DNA of 64,000 nucleotides from Torpedo marmorata. Its lineage: Eukaryota. Below are positions 23,130 to 35,700 of this stretch, piece after piece. The position numbers and the translations under genes are program-made. Every line of letters begins with the position of its first letter. Position 1 is the stretch's first letter. The stretch lies in contig OZ360239.1 in the NCBI GenBank assembly GCA_977017645.1, forward strand, positions 42,904,001 through 42,968,000. The letters run 5' to 3'. Below the pieces are notes generated by a model. That model saw only the letters and a list, made by a program, of their open reading frames with translations. It was not told the origin of the DNA and searched no databases.

Positions 23130-25647
23130 CCCTAGATCATACAGAGTTTAATAGGGTATTTCAGGAATATTATTCAGATTTATATCAATCCCAATTTTCA
23201 GATGATTTTAATTTAATGAATAATTTTTTACAGCGATTGAATATTCCTAACATTTCCTCGGATGATCAACGTTTATTGGATGCTCCGATTTCAGAAGCGG
23301 AAATTTTTAAAGCTATTTCTTCTTTTCAATCTGGTAAAACACCAGGTTTGGATGGTTATACAATTGAGTTCTATGTTTTTTGATAGTTTACTTACTCCTC
23401 ATATTTGTGGAACTCTACCACAGTCATTTTCTGAAGCATCAATCTCTCTAATTCTTTAAAAAGATAAAGATCCATCTGACTGTGCATCTTATAGACCTAT
23501 ATCACTTTTGAATGTTGACTCTAAAATTCTTTCTAAAGTTTTTGCTAATAGATTAGAAAATATTCTTCCTCAGATTATCGCAAAAGATCAAACTGGATTC
23601 ATTAAACAGTGATACTCACATTTTAATGTTCGAAGACTAATGAATATCATCTATTCTGCTTCATCTAAGATTTCAGAATGTGTAGTATCATTAGATGCAA
23701 TGCCTTCTCAAGGGTCTCATTTGAGGGCTTTATGTTAAGGTACATTTTTTCTCCTTTTGTGATTAATGAGTTACAATTACATCTTTACTTTAGTCTGCTC
23801 TATTTTATTTGCCAAACCGCTCAATGTACAGTGGTAACTCTTTCCTCCACTGATCCATTCTTTGGAGAGGCTGCTTGCCTGGAGCTGCTACAGCTGGGAT
23901 GGCAATCATGTATTTTCTCAATTGAAATCACACAGCTTGGTGTCTCTTGGCACATGTTCACATGTTATCTCTATTGGGAAAGTTCATCTTCAGCATTTAG
24001 TATTCAAACATGGCATCTAAATTTCATAGTTTCAGTGGCTGGTACTTCTGACACCATGTCCTATATCTTTCTCATTCTCTCTTAGAGATGATGCAGAAAG
24101 GTTGGTAAAGTAAATGAACATTTTTGTTAATAAAAGCAAACTGCAGAATGCCAGCACAACAGTTCTACGTGCTTATTCTGCAGAGACAGATTTCTGCCAA
24201 ATTCACACCAAACAATGTAGCAGCAACACACAGAGTGATTGTTCATATTTTACAATCCTTAAAGTGGTTTCAAACAACTTTACATGTATTACACGTTGCA
24301 GTTCCTCGTAATTTGCTGTGAAGGCTTTTCCTTGCCTTCCCATTTACCAGTTATTTTATATCATCTCTTTTGTTACTAACTCCTACCACTGGGAGGATGT
24401 TTCCCCTTCTTCACTTCTTTACCCTATCAAATCCTTCATAACTTTGAGCACTTCGGCTACATTTCCTCCTCTGCACAGAGAAAACCAACATCTGGAAACC
24501 TGGCAAGGTGACCTGAATATTGTCGTGAGTCTTTGTGTCGACACAGTTTATTAGGAAGTGTGAACAACTGGAGAGGTTAGAGGCAGCAGCATTGTTCGGG
24601 TTTTGGGAGTAAGGAGATCCATGGTGGGGAGGTGTGGGAATCCGTGGCCACATATCTTTCACAGGCCATTGAATATAGAAGCACCAGAAGTCAGAAAATA
24701 GGCAGTATTTCTGTATTGTTTTAAGTGAAAGTCATAAGCATGATTCTGGAATTGTAGAATTCTCTGCTAACTTAATGAGTAAAATAAACAAATATTGCAG
24801 TGTCCAAAAATTGAAAATAATTCAAGCACAAGGACATAAATAATCCCAAACAAGGTCATGTGAAAGTTTGTACTAGCCTTTGAGTATGCCGATCATGATA
24901 AAATGGCTGCTTACAGATATAGATTTTCAGAGAACGAATTCAGATGCCTCACAAGAGACTTGAAGTTAAAGCGAAAATGGATGTGATGAGGGAAGAAAAT
25001 ATGATTGGGTAATAAATTTTCTGAATAAAAGGAAACAAAATGACCCTTGACAGTTATTGTAAATGCTCCAGAGATAAGCCCTGAGATCCCTTTTCTTCAC
25101 ATTATTTATAACAATCCTGATTAAAGTATTAAAACTTGAATGCTGAAGACTGCATATGATATAAAGTTCTTCAGAAAAGTCAGAACAAAGCTATAAACTA
25201 AGAAAACCTTGCCTTAGTTGGGAACTTGTGGCCTAATAGAGTTAAACATTGAGAAATGCACAGAAGTAAGGGCCAAGAATGGGTACAAAAGGTGAATGCA
25301 AAAAAGAAGTCTTGGTATTAGGGTTAAACTAATATTGCAATAATCATTTATGTGTACAGCATCTGGTAAAAATGTCATAAAAACATTGCAGTGTGCAACT
25401 AGGAGTTTGGTACCAGAAAGAAAAACTGACATTCTATAATGTTAGATGGAGACCAAATATTTGAAAATTCTATTAATAATAACTATGCAAAACTTAAAGG
25501 CAGGACATTTTTAAAGAAAATTTAACAAGATCAATGCTATTCTTTTCTTGAGATCTGATCTAATTTTAAAAGGTGAATAGGAGGGATTAGGAGGAAATAT
25601 GAATGTGGATTAGCATTGTTATTTAAAAACAGGCTAAAAGAGCTTAC

Positions 25648-25725
25648 CTTAAAGAATAACTCAAGATTTTGAAAGATACAAATGACTAGATATACTATTG
25701 ATATTGCCAAATCATTCAAAAGTGA
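25648..25725 (-). pseudogene. Candidate exon, 78 nt, SLLNDLAISIVYLVICIFQNLELFFK (phase 0-0)
   Basis: Acceptor tttttgtttttattcttcag, donor gtaagc; only this frame is open; hydrophobic. Confidence 0.75.
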
Positions 25726-25769
25726 CTGAAGAATAAAAACAAAAATCCTACAGATCCCGTAAATCTGAA

Positions 25770-26095
25770 ATAAAACAGACTATTCTGGAAAGACTCAGTG
25801 GATCAAGTTGCATCTGTAGAAGAGAGTTCATGTCCAAGACCCTTCTAATAGATTCACACCCTATCGGTGATATTCCCTTTGCTCTATCCATGCCTTCTCC
25901 ACCTTGGGCCGAAGGGTCTGTTTTGTGCTGTAAAACTCCATGACCATGACCATGACCTTCTCTGCTCTCAAAAATTAATTTGTTTTCTCGTTTTTCCAGT
26001 TTTGGCAAAAGTTCTCAGCCCGAACTGTTAATTGTTTCTCTTTGTCCGGATGCTGCCTGACCTGCTGAGTGTCTCCAGCATTTTCTGTTTTAATC
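25770..26095. mobile_element. Small remnants of Penelope terminal repeats and a CR1-like 3' tail
   Basis: gatgctgcctgacctgctgagtgtctccagca at 26049-26080; (ccatga)n tail at 25938-25957. Confidence 0.5.
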
Positions 26096-26540
26096 CAAAA
26101 GTGTGTACAGTATTGGATTGAGGTTGCAGATAAATGTGACATAGCTTGATTTAATCCTGATTCAGGCTTGAATATTGCAACTAATTAACTGTTCTAATTT
26201 ACATCTTGTTCATGCCATATCTTTGGCTTTTATGATTCACAGTGTAAGCTCCCCTATTTATATCCATAGAACAAAGTGCATTATACATTATTAATAATAA
26301 ATGAAATATACAATGCTTGTGGATAATTTGAATTGCACTCACTCTAAAGAATATCTCAGAAAGCACATCACACTGTCAGATAGTCCATAAACTAATATGA
26401 AAAGGACATTAAAAATGTCTTAATATTTATTCTTCATGCAAAATTAACTATTTGTGCCTATATTTCACGTAGAACATCACATTGGACTTGTTCATTAGCT
26501 ACTAATTCTATTAAAATTCATCTCTTCATTTGAAACTTAC

Positions 26541-26638
26541 AGTGAAGAGTATTTGGTATTCAAATAATCAAAAAAGGTTGATGGATGATGTGAATATCAG
26601 TAGTCCAAAACCAACCAGTGAAAGGAATATTTTGGAAA
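26541..26638 (-). pseudogene. Candidate exon, 98 nt, (V)SKIFLSLVGFGLLIFTSSINLF*LFEYQILFT (phase 1-0), one TGA
   Basis: Acceptor aattgcttttcag, donor gtaagt; phases fit both neighbours; hydrophobic. Confidence 0.65.
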
Positions 26639-27100
26639 CTGAAAAGCAATTTAGGGATTTAATTAAAAAAAGCTTTAATTTTTCCCTAGTTGATTTTTTA
26701 ATCAGTTGCCAAGAACAATTATAGTAAGAGGATATGATACAGGGAACTGAAATTGCAAAATTGAAAACAGTTAAAAAGAACACTGAGTTCATAAATTAAT
26801 TGTGTGGGAGAGGGAGTGGGTTTTGGAACAGTAAATGTTGAGATGGGAATGAACATTGTTGGTAAGTAACCAATTGCACAGATTAACAGGTGGACAAAAT
26901 TGTCCAACACTCAGCAGATGTAACTGTGGGTGGTAAATAAAACTCCATTTTTAAAACAGCCATTAGGAGTTTATGATTTGTATAAAACCAAAGATCCTGG
27001 TAGAAGTGTTGATATATTATCAAGGTTCTGTTATAATTGAAAGTTATTACAAAGGTCAGCATATTAAACTCTATTTGAAATAGTGGTCAGTTACTCGTAC

Positions 27101-27211
27101 CTTTGTCATTGGTTTGTGTCATCATTGATGCTTTCAAATGTGTAGCAATCTGGACTAACACCAGGCTCTCAACTTTCCAGATTAACATATATTTTTAGCA
27201 AGAATTTCACC
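27101..27211 (-). pseudogene. Candidate exon, GEILAK/YMLIWKVESLVLVQIATHLKASMMTQTNDK, needs a 1-nt frameshift in an A5 run
   Basis: Acceptor gcccccaacag, donor AAG|gtacga; ends in phase 1 matching the next exon. Confidence 0.5.
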
Positions 27212-27284
27212 CTGTTGGGGGCACTAAGCATGTTACGTTGTAGAGCCACTTTGAACTCAGTTTATGGAATGCAGTTTTACTTAC

Positions 27285-27323
27285 GTCAATGGAACTGAAT
27301 TTCAGGACATAGGGGACATGTAG
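27285..27323 (-). pseudogene. Candidate exon, 39 nt, LHVPYVLKFSSID (phase 0-0)
   Basis: Acceptor tatttatttacttactggtag, donor gtaagt; only open frame. Confidence 0.6.
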
Positions 27324-27469
27324 CTACCAGTAAGTAAATAAATATTTCATCATCTTATTGATAAATGACTTGCGATGTACCCTGTGACTTTTGGGTCCAG
27401 GTCACCCAATCAGGGAAAGCATACTCCCTGTCAGAATTTTGTAGGTTTCAATGAAGTCATATCCTGGTT

Positions 27470-28750
27470 GACCAAAATGGCCAGGGGCGTTTAGCAGCAC
27501 CTCTACTTCTCAGAAGCCTGAGGAAATTTGGGATATCACCTACATCCCTTAAGAAGCATCGTTGCATGGTACAGGAATGGCTCAGCCCAAGACCGCAAGA
27601 GACTGCAGAGGGTTGTGAACTTGGCTCAGATCATCATGCATACCCCCTCCCCTCCATCGACTCCATTTATACTTCCCATTGCCTTGGCAAAACAGGCAAC
27701 ATATTAAAAGACATCACACCCCTGGCCACACTCTCTTCACCCCTCCCCCCTCCTGTCAGGAAGAAGATTCACAAGTGTGAGATCAAGCACCACTAGATTT
27801 CTTTCCCTTCAATATTAGACTTCTGAATGAACCTCACACTAGTAAAATGATGTTGCATTTGCTCTGAACCAACTGATCTCTCTCTGTAACTGTATTCTGC
27901 ACTATCTCTTATTTGGTGTACAATCCAGTGATCATTGGTGGATCAGAGGTGGAGAGGCTGAATAACTTAAGTTCTTGGGAGTCACCATCTCAGAGGATCT
28001 ATCCTGGACCCAACACACTAATGGTATCATGAAGAAAGCTCGTCAGTGCCTCTATTTCCTCAGAAGTTTGCAGAAGTTTGGTATGAAATCTAAAACTCTG
28101 GCAAATTTCTACAGAGGTGTGGTGGAAAGTGTGCTGACCGACTGCATCATGGTCTGGTATGGGGACACCAATACCCCTGAGCGTAAAACCCTGCAAAAGG
28201 TAGTGGACACAGCCCAGGACATCACAGGAAAAACCCTCCCCACCATCAAAAACGTCTACAGGGAACGCTGCTGTTGGCAATTGTCAGGGATCCACACTAT
28301 CCATCACATGCTCTGTTCTCGCTGCTGCCATCAGGAAAGAGGTAGCGTGCCATAAAACTCGCACCACTAGGTTCAGGAACAGCTGCTACCCCTCCACCAT
28401 CAGACTCCTCAACAATAAACTCAATCAGGAACTCGTTTAAGGGCTCTTACTTTTGTACTTTATTGATTTTTTTGTTTAGTTTATTTTCCTCTCTGTATTA
28501 CACCGTTAGCTTGTTTACATTTCTTTATTTGTTTACATGTGTACATTGTGTACAGGTTTTTTGCAGTACCAATATGTGGTAATTCCGCCTTGATCACAGG
28601 AAAACGAATCTCAGGGTTGTATGTGATGTCATGTATGTACTCTGACAATAAATCTGAAATCTGAATGAATGAGATATCCAGCTGGTCTTGTCACAAAATA
28701 AACTTTCTCACTGTATTTTGGTACATGTGACAATAAACTTGAAGTTGAAC
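27470..28750 (+). mobile_element. Old Rex1-type LINE 3' fragment interrupted by a younger Rex1 family B fragment (about 27921-28665)
   Basis: RT C-terminal KKARQCLYFLRSL in ORF 27975-28355; tails ataaatctgaaatctgaa (28648) and acaataaacttgaagttgaa (28730). Confidence 0.75.
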
Positions 28751-29006
28751 AATATAATTTTAACTCTCTTTCCCACTCACACACTGGCCTAGTAAACCAA
28801 GGTTTGTAAACACTAGTTAAATGTTACGATGATTAAAAATAAAAGTCACAAATAAATCCAATAGGGAATTCAGAAAAAAAATCTCCTTTACTTAGAAGGT
28901 GTCGGTATAGGGAACTTGCTGTCACATGGAGCATTTTAAGCAAACAGCGTTGATTCACTTGAAGGGAACTAAGAGAAGTATGTGAGAAATGAATGGAATA
29001 ATATGA

Positions 29007-29735
29007 TAATAAAAAACACAAAAGCTGGAGAACTCAGCAGGTCAAACAGTGTCTTTTATGTAGCAAAGGTAGAAATACATAACCGACGTTTCGGGCTTGA
29101 GCCCTTCATCAAAGTATGAGAAAATGCCGGCAGGCGTCCGAACAAAGGAGTGAGGGGGGAAGGGAGGTGGCAAAGGCAGGAGATGATAGGTGGAGAAAGG
29201 AGGGAGGGGACAGCAGCAAAGAGGGGGAGGAGGGATGGCTGGGTGGGTGGAAAAAAACACGTGAGGGGGAGGGGAAGGGAACAACAAACAGGTTAGTGGA
29301 AAGCAGAAAAGTCAATGTTAATGCCATCTGGCTGGAGAGTGCCGAGACGGAATATGAGATGTTGTTCCTCCAATTTGCGGGTAGTCTGGGTGGGATAGTA
29401 CATGAGGCCATGCAGCAGTCGATGTTGTGGAGGTACCTGAGGTCCCTGCGGGGGCCAAACTGCGAGGCCTGAAACCGAAGCTGGAAACCACGAGGCACAA
29501 GATGGCGACGGAGGCAAGTCTCAAGGAAGGCAACGTGGCTGTGGAATCGAGTCTGGGTGAGTACATGGTCATAGAGCTTGAGAGCAGCAGGGGTTGCAGA
29601 TGGGGAGCAGTGAGAGAGAATCCCACAGAACTCCCTTCGGAGAGCAAAGGCGAACTTCTTCAGGGTAGGCATCCCTCAAAGAGTTTTCACAGAGTTGTTG
29701 TAGAATTAAGAAGTAAACACGAAAATCTGTAGACA
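29007..29735 (-). mobile_element. Penelope-like internal-deletion derivative (N-terminus joined to GIY-YIG C-terminus, no RT)
   Basis: FHSHVAFLETCLRRHLVPRGF start joined near 29413 to HGLMY..RKLEEQHLIFRLGTLQPDGINIDFS*; terminal repeat gacctgctgagttctccagc. Confidence 0.82.
29078..29118 (-). ncRNA. Minimal type I hammerhead-ribozyme-like motif (C3U variant)
   Basis: CAUACU-UUGAUGA-A-GGGC-UCAA-GCCC-GAAA-C-GUC-GGUUAUG; hammerheads are established features of Penelope terminal repeats. Confidence 0.6.
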
Positions 29736-30339
29736 CATATGATAGATTTATATGAAGTAGGGTTGGAGGAGCTTTAAGTGGAGCATACCATTTGATTTAT
29801 AACACTTGGACCATGTAGCATGTTTCTGTAAAATCTCCATCATTCTGTGGAGTTGCTGATTATTTTAGAAAAGGGGCCCCAGAGCAAACATTCATCCCCC
29901 TTATCATTATACTCAAACAGCCCAATGCCTGTTTCAGGCTGGCAATGGATCTACTTTTACATTGGGCAGATCTGTATGATATTGAAAATGTTTTCAGTAC
30001 AGCCCTGGTATAGCAGATAAATTCCCAAACTGCCTCTTCCTGCCCAGAATTCAACCACAGCTAGGTTGCCCCAGAAATGGTTAAAAATCCAAAAGGACCA
30101 AAATGACTTTAGACTGTATCCTTCCTGGAAACTGAAAGAAAAGGGGATTTTAATTGACTTGACTTCTTAAACATTGGGTTGCAGATTTAAATATTAAGAT
30201 AACTGCAGAGATTGCTTTGTGTTAAAATAGTTGTAGCATAAAAAATCTGCTACATGAATATGTTAATATTTTGGTAAATTTATTAGAAAGGCAACAGTGA
30301 TGATGTCACATGGTAATATACGATAAACAGTAAACTCAC

Positions 30340-30447
30340 ACGATCAGAGTTTAAATGTTACCGAAATGACAGATGTGGGTAATTAATATCCCATTCATTT
30401 GTGAGGTTATGCAAATCTCTCAAATCAGAGGAAGACTCATTTTTTCC
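30340..30447 (-). pseudogene. Candidate exon, 108 nt, GKNESSSDLRDLHNLTNEWDINYPHLSFR*HLNSDR (phase 0-0), one TAA
   Basis: Donor gtgagt; acceptor tttatatattctgaaag. Confidence 0.55.
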
Positions 30448-30774
30448 CTTTCAGAATATATAAACTCCAGCACATCAAACAGAGAAAGTTAATCAATGCT
30501 ATTGGTAATTAGTGAAATGTATATGGTTCTTCACATCAAAGAGAGGGTTCTCTTGCTGAGTGCGGCAGCAGGAAGTAAATTGGACTCTTGATCTACTAAT
30601 TCTTTCCTTCCTCGTGAACAATCTGTTGTTTGTGATCAATTGAGATATCCATGTAAAATTATTTGTATCGATGTTTTAAGGCCACTCTCGAAGCAAAGTC
30701 ACTCCTCTGACTTTGTTCTGTATATTTGGTGCCAATTTTTTTTAACGTCTGCTAGAGGAAGTTTAACAATTTAC

Positions 30775-30861
30775 ACTCTTCTCTGACTGGCTCTACACAT
30801 TGTAATGAAACCCAGAGCAACTTTCTTGCTTGGGCTGGCAGTACAGGCGAGCATAACCAGG
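30775..30861 (-). pseudogene. Candidate exon, 87 nt, PGYARLYCQPKQESCSGFHYNV*SQSEKS (phase 0-0), one TAG
   Basis: Strong acceptor catttcattttttttttaaattctgcag; donor gtaaat. Confidence 0.6.
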
Positions 30862-30993
30862 CTGCAGAATTTAAAAAAAAAATGAAATGCAAGGCTTCAT
30901 TAAATTGACTGTTTTCGCATTCTGATCACTTTCCTTTTTACAGCTATTTTTTTTACTGTGCTTCATTAATCTGTGCTGAACACAATGACATAC

Positions 30994-31034
30994 ATCTTTA
31001 ATGCAGCTGCTGTCAAGGCATATTTCAGTAAGAG
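30994..31034 (-). pseudogene. Candidate exon, 41 nt, (S)LTEICLDSSCIKD (phase 1-0)
   Basis: Acceptor gtcattcacttggcag, donor gtatgt; open. Confidence 0.6.
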
Positions 31035-31373
31035 CTGCCAAGTGAATGACAGCAACCAATATTAATAAATTTAACATAAAGCCTATCAATTTTTAACAGA
31101 ATTAATAAGGAAAGCTGAGAAATTTCTAAATTGTAGGATTTATTGCTTGCTAAATACACACATTTTATAAAACTTGTGACACTCAGTGAAAAAATAGATT
31201 TACATCTCATTAATAAGTAAATTAGGAAAATGCCTTTCAAGTTCAGACAAGTACATAAGTGTAATCTCCATATTAAAGAAGTAGCCTTTGATAAACCACT
31301 GTGGAATAGCGATAGCTGACTATGTGTCATGTTGCCTGTGCTTGAACTCTTCCACATTCCCACCTTTAATTAC

Positions 31374-31453
31374 ACTGGCTCATTTTTAAAGAGATAAGTG
31401 TCTCTCCACTTAAGATTCTATAAATGAACATCAGAGGGTCCACCCTTATAATT
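31374..31453 (-). pseudogene. Candidate exon, 80 nt, (R)IIRVDPLMFIYRILSGETLISLKMSQ (phase 2-1); alternative in-frame acceptor at 31417
   Basis: Acceptor ccttctcatcgtttctgtag, donor gtaatt; open. Confidence 0.5.
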
Positions 31454-32711
31454 CTACAGAAACGATGAGAAGGTGGTAACAGTTTCAAAAATGAATTATC
31501 ACGAGAACTCGTTTTCATGTAATAATATTAAAATATTAAGATTAATTCTTTCAAATCTCCAAAAAGTTGTCGATTAGGTCTGCTATTTTAAATTTTAAAA
31601 AATTACCAGCGAGATTTTATTTTTCCTTCACAAATCCCTTCAGAGATCATTTGGTGAAAATTTAAGCCCAGTGTGAAATTTTGTGTTTAATACTAAAGAA
31701 AGTTACTATTGATATGAGACCTGCTTTTAGATTAATTTCAATGATTGTAGAAACAATATCGAATCCTAGTGCTGATCGTGAAATCAGTTTTAACGGCTAA
31801 AATGTATTGATCTGTAATCAAGCTATCAGTCTGTCATTACATGGACAGTACTTTAGACAGCTGCACACTCAACATATGCCATCATTGTTCTGTGGAATGG
31901 CTTGTTAATATCGTGTCTCCAATTTATTGTTAGTTCCTCTGATCAACACAGCAAATTTTAAACTAACTTAATTCAGACACTACTTAGTCAGTCTGTCGTT
32001 TATGTTCTGAGATGTCAGGCTACACCTGCTCAGTGTGGCAACACTGTAATTGAATGCAATTGCCTATTAATCACATCCATGCCAAACTATGAACCGACAC
32101 AAACCTGGATGTTCATGGATGGGCAGGATTGCGACGCATGGCATAAATTGTGCCATTTGGTGTCACAATCTACTTGCTGGCAACTCACATTAAATCTCCT
32201 GGAAACGTGCCCGGGATATGCTGCAGTGAGGATAATGGCAAATCAGGGACATCAGAAATGGTTCAGTCAATGGCTTAGCCCATTTGCACCAATGAGGCAA
32301 TTATGTTGGGCAATATCAGCAATGATCTGAGTCTTGAAATTCTGAGTTTCACTGTTACTGAACTTGATCACTATTATTAATTTTTTGAGTTATGGGCACT
32401 CCGTTGCTGTATTCAGTTTTCAAGATCAGATTTAAGTTACAAATTTTTTTACCATCTATTTAGAAGATGACATTTGTAATTTATAGTACCTAAAATGTTT
32501 CAGATTAAACAAACTCTTAATGATAAGTGCAGGTAATTCAGTCTCCTTGACAAAATACAGTCACTGTAACACAGAATGACAAAGAACTATTTTGATAAAT
32601 ACGGTAGATCAAAAAAGTGAAATTTTATTTTACTTCAATTAATTATTTTGCACACATAAATTTAAGTACATTCACAGATCAATTCAATTAATTTAATGAT
32701 CCTGCACTTAC

Positions 32712-32775
32712 CTCAAGAGCTCTGCTGCAGAACAACCACAATGATAACTTATTTTTGATGGTGAAATGTCAGAGC
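32712..32775 (-). pseudogene. Candidate exon, 64 nt, (G)SDISPSKISYHCGCSAAELL(R) (phase 1-2)
   Basis: Consensus donor GAG|gtaagt; weak A-rich acceptor; only open frame. Confidence 0.5.
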
Positions 32776-35700
32776 CTATTTTTATTATATATACATAAAA
32801 GTCCATTCACATGATTCCAGACTGCAGAGACAAGCCTCCATGGCTTTTATGACTTCGCAGGCAGGGAGATTCCTTTGAGGACAATAAATTACATCGATAC
32901 CAATGACCAAACTCTCGTCATCGTTTTTCAACCTAAGATACTGCAGCAAATAAAACTTGAGGCTGCTCTTGTCTTCAATTGGATGAGGATGCTTCAAAAA
33001 TGTCCTTTTCATTGTTCCAGTGGAGTTATGCAAAAACACCAAGAAAGGATGGCAAATCGAATTCATCATTAATAAAGGGTGTCGGCATGCCATGAAAGAG
33101 ATAGTGAAAGCTGTTATTGGAACGCTGGTTGCAATGGAATTGAAAGCATCAAAGCTAACCATCTCCTCATACCTAATCCTTGCTTTCCAATCCAACTCCC
33201 TCCACCTGATTAATATGCTGCAAGTGGTGCTTGTATGAACCTCTTATTTCCCACACAATGATCCCTTCCTATCACCTTAACTTAGTGTCCACGAATAGTC
33301 AAGTCGATAGTGGGAGAACAGCAAGATGATGTTCCATTTCAAACTGACAGTCAGCACTCCAATTTTAACAAATATCTGAAGCTTTCACAAGAAATATTAA
33401 AAAAAATCATAGCTTAGAAACTGATTGGCATGGCACCACATTTTGATCACTACATTTTCGTGATTCAGTTTCAATGAAAAATAAAGTACAAATATAGTTG
33501 GCCATTTACTGTGAGTTATTATGATTTCCTTCTGGTTTCTCTATGCATCTGAAATGCTGGAAGTAAACTGATTGGGTATTTGAGAGAGAATAATTTGTAG
33601 GGCTGTGCGGAAACAGCAAGGGATTAAAATTATACAGTATAATTTTTCTACTGGGAGCTTGCATCGACTTAATGGACTGAATGACCATATCAATTCTGTG
33701 ATTCTACTGATTAATGTAATCTTGTAGCTAGCCCATTGATGGGATCCAGAGACAGCAAAGCAGTGAACTCAAGTGTCTTGCACCCAGAGTGGAGGAAAAG
33801 ACAGTGCAGGAGGTTTCACAGATGGATACTGTAGATAAAGGATGCTGAGTATGCTCAGTGAATGTCAGGGGGATTTGTATGGAAGTGAATATCTGGTGCA
33901 TTGGCAAGGAAGGTCTATGTGCCATGTAATGGCAGGGTTTGTTCATCGACGGAGCCCATTCCTTCCTCCAAGAAAGTAATGGGCCACTCCATCAGCAAAC
34001 TGATGGCTAATTCCTCAACTTCAAATGCACTATAACCTGCCCATCATTTTGTGCTGCAGTAGCAGTACGACTTCTTTTGTGCTAACTCAGCTGGATACTG
34101 TCATGGCTGCAGATATAAGGGTATGTGTGTCTCAGAAATACATCCAACACATTTCTGGATGAGTGAACCCCCACTTTGAAGAAGTGCAATAGCTTTTGTG
34201 GAACCTAAACCTGCTGTTCTTTCCTCATGGCAAGGGTTGTGAATCTTAAATCAGCCTCCACTGGTGCCCTTACTGATGACCATCAGCAAATCAGCTGTTG
34301 CCTATGCTGAGAAGGTTCAACTCAGAAATTGATCTTCCAGGTCTTGAAGAACAGTAACACTTGGAGCTGGAAATCTGAAATGATAGAGAATATGTTGGAT
34401 TGTTCAGCAGGTCAAGCAGCATCTGTGGATAGAGTAAAACAGAGTTAATGTTTCAGTTTGATGGTCTTGCAGCATATTTTCTGAACTTTCTACACCCAAA
34501 GCTGTGAACAATCATCTTCCAATGTAATCAGCCACTGACACAATAATTCCAGGTCTGCTTTATGTCTGCAGTTAAGATTGGAGCAGGTGGATATTTTTGT
34601 GAGAACATCCTTGTTCAACTGCAAGTACTTCACCAAAGATCATACATGAACATTGCTTTCTGAACATACTGGGTCGGGACAGTCTTCTTCAGAGTCTTTT
34701 TCTTCCATCCCCCCTTCTAGGGCCTAAATGCCATAACTTGCTACAAAACCAAATCCGGTAAAGTAGCAGATGGCAAAGCTTCGTCCCAGAGGAACTCAAT
34801 GCCTTCTACGCCTGATTTGATGACAGTAATAGCGAAGAACCACCCCTCTGCACCCCCATGTCCCCTGATGATCCCATCCTGTCCGTATCTGAGGATGACA
34901 TGCGTGCTGCCTTCAGGAGAGTGAATCCGAGGAAAGCATCTGACCCGGACGGAGTACCTGGAATCTGTGCTTACCAACTTACCAATGTTTCACCAATATC
35001 TTCAATATCTCACTCCAGCAGGGCGTGGTACCCATCTGTTTCAAACAGGCATCAATCATACCAGTGCCCAAGAAGAGTGTAGTAACTTACCTTAATAACT
35101 ATCGACCAGTAGCACTTACATCAACAGTGATGAAGTGTTTTGAAAGGCAAGTGTTGAAGCATATCAGCTCCTGTCTGAGCGGCGACATGGATACGTTCCA
35201 GTTCGCCTATCGTAGCAACAGGTCTACGGTGGATGCCATCTCACTGGCTCTACACAAAGCCCTGGAACACCTGGACAGTAAAGGTGCATTCATCAGGATG
35301 CTCTTTATCGACTACAGTTTAACACCATCATCCCCTCAAAACTGATCAGCAAACTCCAAGACCTGGGACTCAACACCCCACTGTGTAATTGGATCATGGA
35401 TTTCCTCACCTCCAGACCACAATTAGTGAGGATTGGTAAGAACATCTCCTCCACAATCTCCATCAGTACCGCAGCACCACAGGGCTGCGTTCTTCGCCCC
35501 CTGCTCGACTCACTTTACACCTACGACTGTGTTGCTCGGTATGATAATAACACCATATACAAATTTGCCGACAATACCACGGTAGTAGATTGTATAAAGA
35601 AAGGTGATGATTCAGCAAAGAGGAGGGAGATTGAAAACTTGGCTGAATGGTGCAACAACAACAACCTTGCACTCAATGTCACCAAAACTAAGGAGTTGAT

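Larger units (their letters stand above)
4650..23695 (-). mobile_element. L1-clade LINE, 5'-truncated and 5'-inverted (twin priming), split by nested insertions
   Basis: 14-bp TSD tgcaatgccttctc at 4636-4649 and 23696-23709. Minus-strand ORF2 pieces (5288-6162, 11056-11284, 11805-12305, 21315-21425) rejoin across the inserts; plus-strand endonuclease/RT piece about 21430-23695 (QETH, GGDFN, SDH, YRPISLLN). Confidence 0.92.

Noticed and set aside
26568-26570. In-frame TGA as selenocysteine
   Set aside because: Other candidate exons carry TAA/TAG stops and no SECIS was seen; decay is simpler.
32785-33238. Cluster of 65-136 aa ORFs
   Set aside because: No recognisable motifs or convincing splice sites; probably very old repeat or neutral sequence.
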